DNA of 46,901 nt, filler included, from Nitrospirae bacterium MYbin3 (GTDB lineage Bacteria; Nitrospirota; Thermodesulfovibrionia; Thermodesulfovibrionales; Dissulfurispiraceae), in NCBI GenBank assembly GCA_002753335.1. It is 5 parts of 5 records of this genome, joined end to end, with 100 filler letters (N's around TTAATTAATTAA, not from the genome) between each part and the next. Parts side by side here need not be neighbours in the genome. Positions count along the whole stretch, not along the records: positions 30,307 to 39,587 come from PEAD01000049.1; positions 39,688 to 46,901 come from PEAD01000050.1; 3 more parts are not named here. The stretch is one strand, 5' to 3'. The notes beneath the pieces were generated by a model, which did no database searches, had not been told where the DNA came from, and saw nothing but the letters and a program-made list of their open reading frames with translations. Below, one piece after another: positions 36,790-46,901 of the stretch (positions within the stretch are counted from its first letter, which is position 1; each line of letters opens with the position of its first letter). The position numbers and the translations under genes are program-made.

Positions 36790-37296
36790 TCAGCGTTTTT
36801 TTGGCTTGATATTTTTTCGGGCTGAGGCTGATGATTGCTTAAATTTCGGCTCAAAAAGTCCTTTTACTTCTTCCATCAAATCGTTAATATCTTTGAACTG
36901 TCTGTAAACAGATGCGAACCTTACATAAGCAACTTTATCCAAATCTTTTAGCGCAGACATTATTTCTTCGCCTACCCATGAACTCGGTATCTCTTTTGAC
37001 CCGAGTGCGAAAAGTTTCTTTTCGATTTCTCCCTCGACTTCTTCGAGGCGACTTATCGGTATCGGTCTTTTTTCACAGGCTTTTTTCAGGCCGGTTATTA
37101 TTTTATGCCTATCAAAAAATTCGCGGCTGCCGTCTTTTTTTATCACCATCGGCAGGGGGTCTTCAACGCGTTCATATGAAGTGAACCGCTGACCGCACTT
37201 GAGGCACTCTCTTCTTCTGCGGGTTACATCGCCGTCTTTTGCTGTTCTTGAATCAATGACCTTGTCTTCTATGCTGCTGCAGAAAGGACACTTCAT
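36790..37296 (-). CDS. nrdR: Transcriptional repressor NrdR
   Basis: MKCPFC...VIDSR...RRRECLKCGQRFTSYER, ATP cone, DKVAYVRFASVY. Confidence 0.97.
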   Translation of the reverse strand: MKCPFCSSIEDKVIDSRTAKDGDVTRRRRECLKCGQRFTSYERVEDPLPMVIKKDGSREFFDRHKIITGLKKACEKRPIPISRLEEVEGEIEKKLFALGSKEIPSSWVGEEIMSALKDLDKVAYVRFASVYRQFKDINDLMEEVKGLFEPKFKQSSASARKNIKPKKR

Positions 37297-37303
37297 CGCA
37301 GGA

Positions 37304-38542
37304 TTACTTGTAGATAGGATGCCTGTCGCATAACGCTTTTACGCGATTGTTCATCTTTGAAATGACCGATTCGTCGGAACTGTTTTTTATCACTCCGGCA
37401 ATAATGTCCGCAATCTCGTCCATCTCTTCAGGACCGAAGCCCCTTGTTGTCACGCAAGGTGTGCCAAGCCTTATCCCGCTTGTAACAGCCGGTGGCCTGG
37501 TGTCATGCGGTATCGCATTTTTATTGGCAGTTATTCCGGCTTTGTCGAGCGCTTCCTCGGCCTCTTTTCCGGTAACACTCATATCACGAAGGTCAACAAG
37601 CATAAGATGATTGTCCGTCCCTCCTGAGAAAATCTTAAAGCCCCGCTTTATCAGACCTTCAGCCAATTTTGCGGCATTTGAAAGCACTCTTTTCTGATAA
37701 TCTTTAAACCCCGGTTCAAGAGCTTCTTTGAATGCCACAGCTTTTGCAGCAATGACATGAACGAGCGGCCCACCCTGAATACCCGGAAATATAATCTTAT
37801 CTACAGCCTTTGCGTACTCGCTTTTATTGCACATTATCATTCCGCCACGAGGGCCTCTCAATGTCTTATGAGTTGTCGAAGTAACAAAATCAGCGTAAGA
37901 CACAGGGGATGGATGGATTCCGGCAGCAATAAGCCCGGCTATATGCGCTATATCTGCCATAAGGTAAGCGCCGACAGATTTAGCAATATCCGAAAACGCC
38001 TTAAAATCTATTATCCTTGAATACGCGCTTGCTCCGACCACTATCATCTTGGGCCTGTGCTTTTCTGCTTGTGATTTCACTTCATCCATATCTATGTAGC
38101 CGGTCTCTTTATGCACACCGTAATAGGCCGGTTTGTATATCATTCCTGTAAAGTTTACAGAAGCGCCGTGCGTAAGATGCCCGCCATTGCTTAGACTCAT
38201 TCCAAGTATGGGGTCTCCGGGTTTAAGCACCGAAAAATAGACCGCCATGTTGGCCTGACTGCCTGAGTGGGGCTGTACATTTACATATTCTGCTCCGAAT
38301 ATTTTTTTTGCCCGATTGATAGCAAGCTCTTCAACAGCATCGGCATACTCGCATCCGCCGTAGTACCGTTTATGCGGATATCCTTCAGCATACTTGTTGG
38401 TAAATACAGAACCCTGAGCTTCAAGCACAGCCTTGCTCGCATAGTTTTCTGAAGCGATTAAGAGTATCTTGTCCTGCTCTCTTTGGGTCTCGCCCTGAAT
38501 AGCGTTATAAATGTCCGGATCTGTCTTTTTTAAGTTTTCCAT
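37304..38542 (-). CDS. glyA: Serine hydroxymethyltransferase
   Basis: [43 protein letters not shown]. Start at MENLKK. Confidence 0.98.
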   Translation of the reverse strand: MENLKKTDPDIYNAIQGETQREQDKILLIASENYASKAVLEAQGSVFTNKYAEGYPHKRYYGGCEYADAVEELAINRAKKIFGAEYVNVQPHSGSQANMAVYFSVLKPGDPILGMSLSNGGHLTHGASVNFTGMIYKPAYYGVHKETGYIDMDEVKSQAEKHRPKMIVVGASAYSRIIDFKAFSDIAKSVGAYLMADIAHIAGLIAAGIHPSPVSYADFVTSTTHKTLRGPRGGMIMCNKSEYAKAVDKIIFPGIQGGPLVHVIAAKAVAFKEALEPGFKDYQKRVLSNAAKLAEGLIKRGFKIFSGGTDNHLMLVDLRDMSVTGKEAEEALDKAGITANKNAIPHDTRPPAVTSGIRLGTPCVTTRGFGPEEMDEIADIIAGVIKNSSDESVISKMNNRVKALCDRHPIYK

Positions 38543-38567
38543 TATCGTTATTTTAGCGCAGCAGATG

Positions 38568-39026
38568 CTACACAACTCCAGTTTTTGTTTTATCCTCTAT
38601 GAGGCATATTTTTTTAAGCCTGTTGCCATGTCTGCCGCCCTCAAAAGAGGTCGCAAACCATGTCTTTACGATTTCTTTAGCAAGATCCTTACCTATAATC
38701 CTGCCGCCCATAACCAGCACATTCGCGTCGTTATGAAGTCTGCTCATTTTTGCAGAAAAAAGCTCATTGCAAAGCGCGGCTCGCACATTGGGAAATTTAT
38801 TCGCCACTATGGACATACCTATTCCTGTTCCGCATATCAGTATTCCGCGTTCCACCTTTCCGGTTGAAACTGCAAAAGAAACCTTCTCGCCAAAATCAGG
38901 ATAGTCAACAGAATCAGGCGTGTCGGTACCATAATCGGTGTAGTCGTGCCCAAGATCTTTTAGGATTAAAATGACTTCTTTTTTCATTTCAAGACCGGCA
39001 TGATCAGAGCCGATAGCGATATTCAT
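38568..39026 (-). CDS. rpiB: Ribose-5-phosphate isomerase B
   Basis: [43 protein letters not shown]. Confidence 0.97.
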   Translation of the reverse strand: MNIAIGSDHAGLEMKKEVILILKDLGHDYTDYGTDTPDSVDYPDFGEKVSFAVSTGKVERGILICGTGIGMSIVANKFPNVRAALCNELFSAKMSRLHNDANVLVMGGRIIGKDLAKEIVKTWFATSFEGGRHGNRLKKICLIEDKTKTGVV

Positions 39027-39157
39027 ATGGTGAATCCTCCTCAAGATAACGCTGTTAAAATACGACAAATAATGAGTTTGTTATCATATAAAACGATTTC
39101 GGATGAAGTCAAGAAAACAGGAAACGACGAATTGTCTTAGTGACGAGATGCCGAAAT

Positions 39158-39331
39158 TCAGCGGCGCAGCGCGATAAAAAGCATTACTATTATGCCGCCG
39201 ACTACAGAAAGCAACATTCCCTGTGTCGCCTGTATTGCGGCTTCTTCGTAGGTGGTCTCAATCGGCATATAAAGAAGAGAGTAGCCGGCAATGATCATCA
39301 ATATTGCGCCTATAAGCAAAATGTATCTCAT
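39158..39331 (-). CDS. 57-aa two-TM small membrane protein (not in the ORF track)
   Basis: MRYILLIGAILMIIAGYSLLYMPIETTYEEAAIQATQGMLLSVVGGIIVMLFIALRR. Confidence 0.55.
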   Translation of the reverse strand: MRYILLIGAILMIIAGYSLLYMPIETTYEEAAIQATQGMLLSVVGGIIVMLFIALRR

Positions 39332-39587
39332 GATTAGATTGCTAACTATAGCAGATAAGCGGTTCGATAGTCATATGAGTTTAAATGTCGGCTCTGATGA
39401 AAATTCGTATTTTTTTAACGGCAATCCCATGGCCATAGTATATCACAGGGGTACGATCTGCAGAAAAGCTAATGTAACAGGGCGAACGCACTATGTGAGG
39501 TATAGGGGATAGTGTAGGCATAATAAGTGCAATAACATAGGCACTAACTTAAAGGGGGAGCCTATGTTACCGAATCCGAAGCCGTAT

Positions 39588-39687
39588 NNNNNNNNNNNNN
39601 NNNNNNNNNNNNNNNNNNNNNNNNNNNNNNNTTAATTAATTAANNNNNNNNNNNNNNNNNNNNNNNNNNNNNNNNNNNNNNNNNNNN
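39588..39687. other. Artificial contig linker
   Basis: N44-TTAATTAATTAA-N44. Confidence 0.98.
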
Positions 39688-39701
39688 AACGGAGGTTGAA
39701 T

Positions 39702-41441
39702 ATGGGACTTAATTTGCGGGATAAGTACCTTAATTTTTATAATTCTAATCTTACGATCAAAGAGAGGTATCTGATTCTAAGCAGAAGCTTTCTTATAATC
39801 ATGCTTCTGGTCACAATTGTTCCGCTAAGCATCACGACTGCCCTGAGCTACTTCCAATACCGGTCACTGATAAGGCAGGAGACTATACATAATGCACAGT
39901 GGAATGCCGAGAGTACCCGGCAAGGCATTGAGTCCTTTATCGATAAACTTCGGGCTATGATTCAGGTTGTTTCTGAATCATACAAATACAAAGATCTCTC
40001 GGTGCAGGAAAACCTGGACAAAGTATTCGAGAACCTCAAGTCAAAAAACAAGGGGATCGTTGACTTGAGCGTAATCGGTCCTGATGGTGTGCAGCGGGCT
40101 TACTCAGGGCCGTTCAACCTTAAAGGCAAGGATTACAGCGACAGCATCTGGTACAAAAAAACACTGACAAGGAAGGTCTATGTAAGTGAAGTCTTTCTTG
40201 GATACCGTAATGTGCCGCATTTCGTTATAGCCATAAGCAAGAAGGTTACGGGAGAAAACGGGTACTGGGTCTTAAGAGCTAGCATAGACACTGACACTCT
40301 GGACCAATTCCTTGCCGGAGTCAGAAATGAAAACCTGGTAGATGCCTTTCTTATAAACAACAAAGGCGCTCTCCAGAGTTCTTCTAATCATTACGGAAAT
40401 GTGTCGAGCCAGTCGCCGGTATCAGTAGACCGGCTGCCGAAAAACAAAGACATTTTAACGGTGGAGAATAGCCAGGGCACTAAGTCCATGGTCAATGTTG
40501 TTGCTCAGATAAATGAGACTCCTTGGTTTCTGGTTCTTGAGCAGTATGGGTATGCGGACAAAAAGACATGGGTACTTTTTAAAAGAGAGTTGCTTGTTAT
40601 CTATGTTGTAAGCTTTGTTGTTATTATTTGCCTGACCTTTTTTATCGCCTCTTTTCTTACTTCAACCGTTCGCAAGGCGGATGAGACAAGAGAAATAATA
40701 CTCGCCGAGAGTGAACACGCCAACAAATTGGCCTCAATAGGCAGGCTGGCTGCCGGCATAGCCCATGAAATCAATAATCCTTTGGCCATAATAAATGAAA
40801 AGGCCGGACTGATGAAAGACCTCCTGCAGATTTCTGATGATTTTAAATACAAAGACAAATTTCTCCTGCAGATCGATTCTATGGAAAACGCGGTAAAACG
40901 GAGCAGAACGATAACCCATAGGCTTCTAGGTTTTGCTAGGAGGATGGATGTCAAGCTCGAGCCTGTTGATATTAATAGCGTGATTACGGAGGTCTTGGGT
41001 TTTCTTGACAAAGAGGCCGCATATCAAGAGATACGGATTGATCAGGATTTGCAGCCAGGACTGCCTAACATTATGAGTGACCACGGGCAGATGCAGCAGA
41101 TATTTATGAACATCATCAACAACGCACTAGATGCGGTCGGCCATGGCGGTATAATCCAGATATCCAGCAGGCAGACTGACAATAAAACGGTTCGGGTCGA
41201 TATTTGTGACAATGGCCCCGGTATGCCGCCCGAGGTGCTGAAAAAAGTCTTTGAACCTTTTTTTACAACAAAAAAAGGCTCTGAAAAACGAGGCACCGGT
41301 CTTGGACTTTCAATAACATATGGCCTTATAAAAAAACTTGGTGCGAAAATATCCGCCAGCAGCGAGGTAGGTATCGGAACAACCTTTACCATTCTTTTCC
41401 CTATAAAATCTGTATCCGTAGAGGACGAGACAAATGAGTAA
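39702..41441 (+). CDS. Sensor histidine kinase with a dCache-like domain
   Basis: RBS GGAGG. Two TMs. LAAGIAHEINNPL, QIFMNIINNALDA, DNGPGM, FEPFFTTK, GTGLGLSI. Confidence 0.93.
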   Translation: MGLNLRDKYLNFYNSNLTIKERYLILSRSFLIIMLLVTIVPLSITTALSYFQYRSLIRQETIHNAQWNAESTRQGIESFIDKLRAMIQVVSESYKYKDLSVQENLDKVFENLKSKNKGIVDLSVIGPDGVQRAYSGPFNLKGKDYSDSIWYKKTLTRKVYVSEVFLGYRNVPHFVIAISKKVTGENGYWVLRASIDTDTLDQFLAGVRNENLVDAFLINNKGALQSSSNHYGNVSSQSPVSVDRLPKNKDILTVENSQGTKSMVNVVAQINETPWFLVLEQYGYADKKTWVLFKRELLVIYVVSFVVIICLTFFIASFLTSTVRKADETREIILAESEHANKLASIGRLAAGIAHEINNPLAIINEKAGLMKDLLQISDDFKYKDKFLLQIDSMENAVKRSRTITHRLLGFARRMDVKLEPVDINSVITEVLGFLDKEAAYQEIRIDQDLQPGLPNIMSDHGQMQQIFMNIINNALDAVGHGGIIQISSRQTDNKTVRVDICDNGPGMPPEVLKKVFEPFFTTKKGSEKRGTGLGLSITYGLIKKLGAKISASSEVGIGTTFTILFPIKSVSVEDETNE

Positions 41442-41817
41442 GGTTAAGGTTCTTATAGTAGATGACGAGGAGGAATTTTCAAATACCCTTGCTGAAAGGC
41501 TCTGTTTTAGGGGCTTTGACGCGGTTTCGGTTGGGGATGCAGAGAAAGCTATTTCGGCCATTAGAAGCGACTGGGTTCCTGATGTTGCTTTGCTGGATCT
41601 TAAAATGCCCGGACTCAGCGGTCTTGATGTGCTGGAAATGATAAAAAAACTTGACCTAGGCATTGAGGCAATTATGATAACCGGACACGGTTCCACCGCC
41701 AGCGGCATAGAAGGAATGAAACGCGGACTGTTCGACTACCTGATGAAGCCGATAGACATAAATGAGTTGGTAGTCAAGATAAATGAAGCTGTACAGAAAA
41801 AAGTCAATAAAATCTAA
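41434..41817 (+). CDS. Single-domain response regulator
   Basis: VLIVDDE, LLDLKMPG, MITGHG, YLMKP. Confidence 0.93.
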   Translation: MSKVKVLIVDDEEEFSNTLAERLCFRGFDAVSVGDAEKAISAIRSDWVPDVALLDLKMPGLSGLDVLEMIKKLDLGIEAIMITGHGSTASGIEGMKRGLFDYLMKPIDINELVVKINEAVQKKVNKI

Positions 41818-41868
41818 ATCACCTAATCTTAAAATTATCTTTCAAAAGGTTTAATGTGGGATACTGAA

Positions 41869-42270
41869 TTAAAGTTTCTTCTTTAAGAAAATCCCGAGGG
41901 CTGCGTCGGACCCGCTTACATGTTTTTTTAGCCAGTCGAACAGCCAGCCTTCTAACTGCAGGGAAATAAATTTTGTAGCGCCGTCACGTTCATATTGATC
42001 TTTCATTTTATGGAACTCATCAGTAAAGGCTTTGTGTTCTGATTTGTGGTGAGATGCATGCGGATATTCGTATTTATCCATGTAATCTTCTTCGGTCGAA
42101 AAATGCTCAAATATGTAGTTTGCCAAGAAGTTGAGCATTTTTTTTATTTCTGCTACATCTTTATCTTCTGAAATAGCTATCAGGAACTCTTGTACAGCAT
42201 CGTAAAGCTTTTTGTGCTGATCGTCTATTTTTTCGATGCCGAGTACAAATTTGTCGGACCACATTGTCAT
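41869..42270 (-). CDS. Bacteriohemerythrin
   Basis: IDDQHKKL, HFSTEEDYM...YP...HKSEH, WLKKHVSGSD. Confidence 0.92.
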   Translation of the reverse strand: MTMWSDKFVLGIEKIDDQHKKLYDAVQEFLIAISEDKDVAEIKKMLNFLANYIFEHFSTEEDYMDKYEYPHASHHKSEHKAFTDEFHKMKDQYERDGATKFISLQLEGWLFDWLKKHVSGSDAALGIFLKKKL

Positions 42271-42380
42271 GTTTTAAATTATAATATTGGAGGCATAATT
42301 GTAAATACGAGGAACAGAGAACAAATTTTTCTTTGTGATATTATTACAGATCTAAAGCCTGTAAAAATTTAGGAGGGAAT

Positions 42381-43130
42381 ATGACTAAACTTGTTTTATT
42401 GCGGCACGGAGAGAGCAGTTGGAACAAAGAGAACAGGTTTACAGGATGGACCGACGTAGATCTTTCTGAAAAAGGTTTGCAAGAGGCCAAAAGGGCCGGG
42501 GGCGTGCTTAAGGAAGAAGGTTTTGTTTTTGATATCGCATACACGTCTGTCCTTAAAAGGGCAATAAGGACATTATGGATAACTCTTGACCAGATGGATC
42601 TTATGTGGATTCCTGTAATAAATTCATGGCGCTTAAATGAGAGGCATTACGGATCTTTGCAGGGGTTGAATAAAGCAGAGATGGCGGCTAAATACGGTGA
42701 AGATCAGGTTTTGATATGGCGAAGGAGTTATGACATCCCGCCGCCGGCGCTCGAAAAGAGCGACGAAAGGTATCCGGGCAAAGATATGAGATACAAAGAT
42801 CTTTCTGACGCTGATCTGCCTTTGACCGAAAGTCTGAAAGAGACCGTTGCCAGATTTATCCCGTACTGGAATGAGGTTATAACGCCTGCCATTAAATCAG
42901 GAAAACGTGTGCTTATTGCTGCGCACGGCAATTCGCTTAGGGCGCTTGTGAAGCACCTCGATAACGTACCCGAATCCGAAATAGTTAAGCTTAATATTCC
43001 AACCGGCATTCCGCTTGTGTATGAACTTGATGATAACCTCAAGCCTCTGAAAAGTTACTATCTAGGTGATCAGGAGGAGCTCAAGAAGGCGATGCAAAAA
43101 GTGGCTGATCAAGGAAAGGCCGGGAAATAA
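42381..43130 (+). CDS. gpmA: 2,3-BPG-dependent phosphoglycerate mutase
   Basis: [39 protein letters not shown]. Confidence 0.98.
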   Translation: MTKLVLLRHGESSWNKENRFTGWTDVDLSEKGLQEAKRAGGVLKEEGFVFDIAYTSVLKRAIRTLWITLDQMDLMWIPVINSWRLNERHYGSLQGLNKAEMAAKYGEDQVLIWRRSYDIPPPALEKSDERYPGKDMRYKDLSDADLPLTESLKETVARFIPYWNEVITPAIKSGKRVLIAAHGNSLRALVKHLDNVPESEIVKLNIPTGIPLVYELDDNLKPLKSYYLGDQEELKKAMQKVADQGKAGK

Positions 43131-43139
43131 GCTATTTAA

Positions 43140-45002
43140 ATGGTTCAGGTTAGCGGTTTATGCAAGGCTTACGGAGATCAGGTAATCTTCGACAACGTAA
43201 GCTTTACGCTCAACAAAGGCGAAAGGGTGGGGCTTGTCGGCAGGAACGGCTATGGCAAGACCACGCTGTTTCGTATGATGCTTGGCGATGAGCATCCTGA
43301 TTCTGGGGTAATATCTTTTTCTTCAGGCTATACAAAAGGCCATCTTTCCCAACATATATCGTTCAGCGAAAAATCTGTGCTCAATGAGGCGTGCTTGAGC
43401 ATCCCCAAAAGTGATGACGGGATTGATCAATCTTTCAGGGCAAGGGCGATACTTGCAGGACTGGGCTTTGCTAATGAAGATATGGACCGCAACCCGATGG
43501 AACTGTCAGGCGGTTTTCAGATAAGGCTTAATTTAGCAAAGTTGCTGCTGCAGGAGCCTGACCTGCTGCTTCTGGATGAGCCCACAAACTATCTTGATAT
43601 AGTTTCTGTTCGTTGGCTGGCTGTTTTTCTTAGAACATGGAAAAAGGAGTTGATGCTTATAACTCATGACCGTGATTTTATGGACAGCGTGACAACGCAC
43701 ACTATGGGGATCTATCGCTTAAAGATTAAAAAGGTTGCTGGTTCGACCATTAAATTTTATGAGCAGAGTGCGATGGAAGACGAGATGCATGAAAAGACAC
43801 GGCTGAATGATGAAAGAAGACGCGCTGAGATTGAGCAGTTCATAAACAGGTTCAGGGCCAAGGCCACAAAGGCAAAGGCAGTCCAGTCGAGGATTAAGGC
43901 GCTTTCGCGGAGCGGTAGAATAGAAAAACTTCAGGATGCGGATACGCTTGATTTCAGCTTCAGGAGTGCACCATTTACAGGCAAGCTGCTTGTTGAGACA
44001 GAAGATATAAAGTTTTCTTTTTCTGATTCTGGCGGGCCATTGATAAAGGGGCTAAGTTTTGTTGTTGGCAAGAATGACAGGATAGGTGTAATAGGCAAGA
44101 ACGGCAAAGGCAAAACCACACTTTTAAATTTGATGGCTGGCGAACTCACGCCGCAGAATGGCCGGATAGTAAGACATAATCAGCTTAAGCAGGCATATTT
44201 TGGCCAGACCAACATAAACAGGCTTAATCTGCAAAACACCGTTGAGCAAGAGGTACTTGATGTTCTTTCTGAGCATAACAGAAGTTTTGCAAGAGGCATC
44301 TGCGGTTTGATGATGTTCAGTGGCGACAGGGCATTGAAAAAAATAGGTGTTTTGTCCGGAGGAGAGAGGAGCAGGGTGCTTTTAGGCAAGATTCTAGCTT
44401 CTCCTGCTAATCTGCTGCTGCTTGATGAGCCGACTAACCATCTAGATATGGAGTCAATAGAATCATTGCTTGAGGCGATACGGGCATTTGAAGGCGCAGT
44501 GGTGATAGTCACGCATAGCGAACTTATCTTGAGGTCGGTTGCAAACCGTTTGATAGTATTCGACGACAACAGGATATCTGTTTTTGAAGGCGGGTATGAT
44601 GATTTCCTGAACAGGGTGGGATGGAAGGACGAGGAGTCACTTGAAGGTGAGACGCCTATTCGGCAGCAATCTTCAGGCAAAAAGGATATGCGCCGTATGC
44701 GGGCCGAGATAATAAGCAATAAATCAAAAACGCTGGGCCCTATTCAGAAGAGGATTGAGGAGATTGAAAGCAGTATAGTGGTTTTAGAGAAAGGGCTTGA
44801 CGATAACACAAAGGAGCTTGTAAAGATATCCGAACAAGGCGACTGGCAGACAAGCGCAAGTCTCTCGCGTGAAATAAGCGATGCCAAAGCAAAGATAGAT
44901 GAGCTTTTTAGTGAGCTTCAGATGCTTTCTCTCCAGCTTGAATCAAAGTCGAAAGAATTTGCCGAGATGCTGGATGGGTTTGCTGTCAAACAAAATGGCT
45001 GA
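43140..45002 (+). CDS. ABC-F family ATPase
   Basis: Two NBDs (GRNGYGKTT/LSGG/LDEPTN and GKNGKGKTT/LSGGE/LDEPTNHLD), no TM segments, C-terminal coiled coil. Confidence 0.92.
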   Translation: MVQVSGLCKAYGDQVIFDNVSFTLNKGERVGLVGRNGYGKTTLFRMMLGDEHPDSGVISFSSGYTKGHLSQHISFSEKSVLNEACLSIPKSDDGIDQSFRARAILAGLGFANEDMDRNPMELSGGFQIRLNLAKLLLQEPDLLLLDEPTNYLDIVSVRWLAVFLRTWKKELMLITHDRDFMDSVTTHTMGIYRLKIKKVAGSTIKFYEQSAMEDEMHEKTRLNDERRRAEIEQFINRFRAKATKAKAVQSRIKALSRSGRIEKLQDADTLDFSFRSAPFTGKLLVETEDIKFSFSDSGGPLIKGLSFVVGKNDRIGVIGKNGKGKTTLLNLMAGELTPQNGRIVRHNQLKQAYFGQTNINRLNLQNTVEQEVLDVLSEHNRSFARGICGLMMFSGDRALKKIGVLSGGERSRVLLGKILASPANLLLLDEPTNHLDMESIESLLEAIRAFEGAVVIVTHSELILRSVANRLIVFDDNRISVFEGGYDDFLNRVGWKDEESLEGETPIRQQSSGKKDMRRMRAEIISNKSKTLGPIQKRIEEIESSIVVLEKGLDDNTKELVKISEQGDWQTSASLSREISDAKAKIDELFSELQMLSLQLESKSKEFAEMLDGFAVKQNG

Positions 45003-46740
45003 CATAGATTTTCTGCAGAAACTGTTTCGACCGAATAAGCCTTGGCTTCCAATCTTTCTAATCATCTTCATAACATTGTGCGTATATTTAAATAGTCTAG
45101 GGGTGCCTTTTCAGTTTGATGACATACCGAACATAGTGGAAAACGTAGGGCTGCGGGGCGATGGCTTGTTCACAAGGCCGTGGAGTTATCTTAGTGAGAT
45201 AAAGGCAACAAACATACAGGGCATTAGTGGTGAAGCAATGAAAAGCCGGTATCTTGGATATCTGAGTTTTGCGCTGAATTACAGGATACACGGGCTTGAA
45301 GTGGTTGGGTATCACTTAGTGAACATAGCTGTGCATGCAGCAAACGGAGTGTTGGTGTATATGCTTGTGATCCTGATATTCGGTACCCCGTTTATGAAAG
45401 AGCAGCGGGTATTGGAAGGCTTTGGTGCAACAATGACAGCGCTATTTAGCGGATTGATATTTGTAGTGCATCCGGTTCAGACGCAGGCAGTGACGTATAT
45501 AGTGCAGAGATTTGCATCACTTGCGGTGATGTTCAGCCTTCTTTCGATAGTGATGTATGGATTATGGAGACAGAGGCAGGAAGAAGGAGTAGGCGGAGAG
45601 TTCAGGACATTGCTGCTTTATGGATGCAGTATTGTTTTTGCTGTCTGCGCAATGAAGACAAAAGAAATGGTATTCACATTGCCTCTGCTGGTGGTGCTCT
45701 ATGAATATATGTTTTATCGCGGTGCAGTATTAAAGAGACTGAAATGGCTTGTGCCGATAATGCTGACAATGCTGATAATCCCGTTAAGCCTGCTGGACAC
45801 AGCAAAACCGGTAGGAGAGATAATCGGTGATACGAGCCAAGCTACGAGATTGCAGAGCAATTTAAGCAGAGCAAACTATCTGTTTACAGAGTTTTGCGTA
45901 ATGGCGACATATCTGAGGCTATTGTTTATGCCTGTTGGGCAGAACCTTGACTACGATTATCCTGTGCAGAAGAGTTTTTTCAACGCAGAAGTGCTGATAT
46001 CGTTAATGCTTTTTCTTTCATTGGTGGCGCTGGCATTGTATTTATGGAAGGCATCAAAGGCAGAAGGCAGGGAAGAGCTGCGAATAGTATCATTTGGTTT
46101 GTTTTGGTATCTAATTGCACACTTGGTGGAATCCGGCGTAATACCGATAATAGACGTGGTATTTGAGCACAGGCTTTATTATCCATCGGTGGGATTTGCC
46201 ATAGGGTTTGTGGGGCTGGTTTATTATTTAGCAGAAGTTAAAAGCAGATACAGAAGGGTTGCGATAGTGCTGATGGTAGTTCTGGTGGTTACGCTGGGAA
46301 TTGCATCGCATATGAGGAACCGTGTTTGGCAGAGCAACATTTCACTTTGGGAAGATGTTATCTCCAAAAGTCCTAACAAGGCCAGAGGATACCTTAATCT
46401 AGGTTTTGTGAATGCAAAAAGATTTAATCATGAAAAAGCTATCGAGCTTTATCAGAAAGCGCTCCTGATAGATCCTTACGATGAGTATGTTTACAGTGAT
46501 ATAGGTTTTGTCTATACAGAAATGGGCAGATATGATGATGCGATCAATGCATTCAAACGTGCGCTTAGTGTAAATATGGCTGATGAGAGGGCACATTTAG
46601 GACTTGGAGATATTTATTTAAAGCGTGCACAGGCCTATTCTGCCTCGGGAGATATTAACGGAGCAAGAACTGACTATCAAACCGCTTGTTCTTTTGGAAA
46701 CAGAGAAGCCTGTTATTCCTTGCAGCAATTATCCCAATGA
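44995..46740 (+). CDS. TMTC-like GT-C glycosyltransferase with C-terminal TPRs
   Basis: FQFDD, YHLVNIAVH, FVVHPVQTQAVTYIVQR, KTKEM, FEHRLYYPS, RN.VW...LWED, TPRs. Confidence 0.85.
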   Translation: MADIDFLQKLFRPNKPWLPIFLIIFITLCVYLNSLGVPFQFDDIPNIVENVGLRGDGLFTRPWSYLSEIKATNIQGISGEAMKSRYLGYLSFALNYRIHGLEVVGYHLVNIAVHAANGVLVYMLVILIFGTPFMKEQRVLEGFGATMTALFSGLIFVVHPVQTQAVTYIVQRFASLAVMFSLLSIVMYGLWRQRQEEGVGGEFRTLLLYGCSIVFAVCAMKTKEMVFTLPLLVVLYEYMFYRGAVLKRLKWLVPIMLTMLIIPLSLLDTAKPVGEIIGDTSQATRLQSNLSRANYLFTEFCVMATYLRLLFMPVGQNLDYDYPVQKSFFNAEVLISLMLFLSLVALALYLWKASKAEGREELRIVSFGLFWYLIAHLVESGVIPIIDVVFEHRLYYPSVGFAIGFVGLVYYLAEVKSRYRRVAIVLMVVLVVTLGIASHMRNRVWQSNISLWEDVISKSPNKARGYLNLGFVNAKRFNHEKAIELYQKALLIDPYDEYVYSDIGFVYTEMGRYDDAINAFKRALSVNMADERAHLGLGDIYLKRAQAYSASGDINGARTDYQTACSFGNREACYSLQQLSQ

Positions 46741-46901
46741 TAGAGATGTTCAATAATTCTGAACTTCGCTTTAAGGTTGTTCCAATCTTCCTAATCATCT
46801 TCATAACATTGTGCGTATATTTAAATAGTCTAGGGGTGCCTTTTCAGTTTGATGACATACCGAACATAGTGGAAAACGTAGGGCTGCGGGGCGATGGCTT
46901 G
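46737..46901 (+). CDS. Second TMTC-like paralogue, truncated by the window end
   Basis: ATGA overlap. MIEMFNNSELRFKVVPIFLIIFITLCVYLNSLGVPFQFDDIPNIVENVGLRGDGL. Confidence 0.8.
   Translation, partial: MIEMFNNSELRFKVVPIFLIIFITLCVYLNSLGVPFQFDDIPNIVENVGLRGDGL
46780..46901 (+). repeat. Near-identical copy of 45047..45168
   Basis: 122 bp with one synonymous mismatch (TTT vs TTC). Confidence 0.9.

Noticed and set aside
39564..39587. ORF start MLPNPKPY with RBS AAGGGGGAG
   Set aside because: Only eight codons precede the gap, too short to assign
10787..39687. Four identical N-flanked TTAATTAATTAA motifs, and apparent gene neighbourhoods across them
   Set aside because: These are artificial scaffolding linkers. 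No synteny can be inferred across them, for example envelope cluster to flagellar genes, or tRNA-Pro island to RTX region
618..46596. Numerous 60-180 aa ORFs overlapping called genes in other frames or on the other strand
   Set aside because: Shadow ORFs without family motifs

Overview
This is not one continuous locus. It is five unrelated contigs of about 7-11 kb, joined by artificial 100-bp N/TTAATTAATTAA linkers at 10787-10886, 20595-20694, 30207-30306 and 39588-39687. The source is a flagellated diderm bacterium; the gene repertoire resembles Nitrospirota or Deltaproteobacteria (inference only). Contig 1: a 7-gene envelope cluster (LPP20/FlgP-like x2, TPR-SLH, FlgO/CsgG-like, FlgT_N-like, TPR-CsgG, CsgG-like+Fn3), then a tRNA-Pro 3' att fragment and the edge of an island (P-loop ATPase plus small partner, IS21 remnant, start of a RelE/Gp49-like toxin). 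Contig 2: an accessory region with an FrpC-like RTX protein whose N-terminal domain looks like a toxin, upstream immunity-like genes and gene remnants, a sigma54-driven four-gene operon headed by a Zn-dependent phospholipase C-family gene, a large serine recombinase and a YhaM-like OB-HD nuclease. Contig 3: flgF-G-A-H-I, HDOD, cheW, cheB and an MCP with a CZB domain. Contig 4: the right end of an element integrated at tRNA-Lys(CTT), carrying a DUF3800 gene preceded by a promoter-driven three-way-junction RNA, an attC-like cassette, a type II R-M pair, a tyrosine integrase and a Fic protein, followed by nrdR, glyA and rpiB. Contig 5: histidine kinase and response regulator, hemerythrin, gpmA, ABC-F and tandem TMTC-like glycosyltransferases. 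The best candidates for new biology are the structured-RNA + DUF3800 module, the RTX N-terminal polymorphic-toxin locus, the sigma54 phospholipase operon and the FlgT/FlgO/FlgP/CsgG-fold envelope cluster. All family assignments come from recognising motifs by eye, not from database searches.
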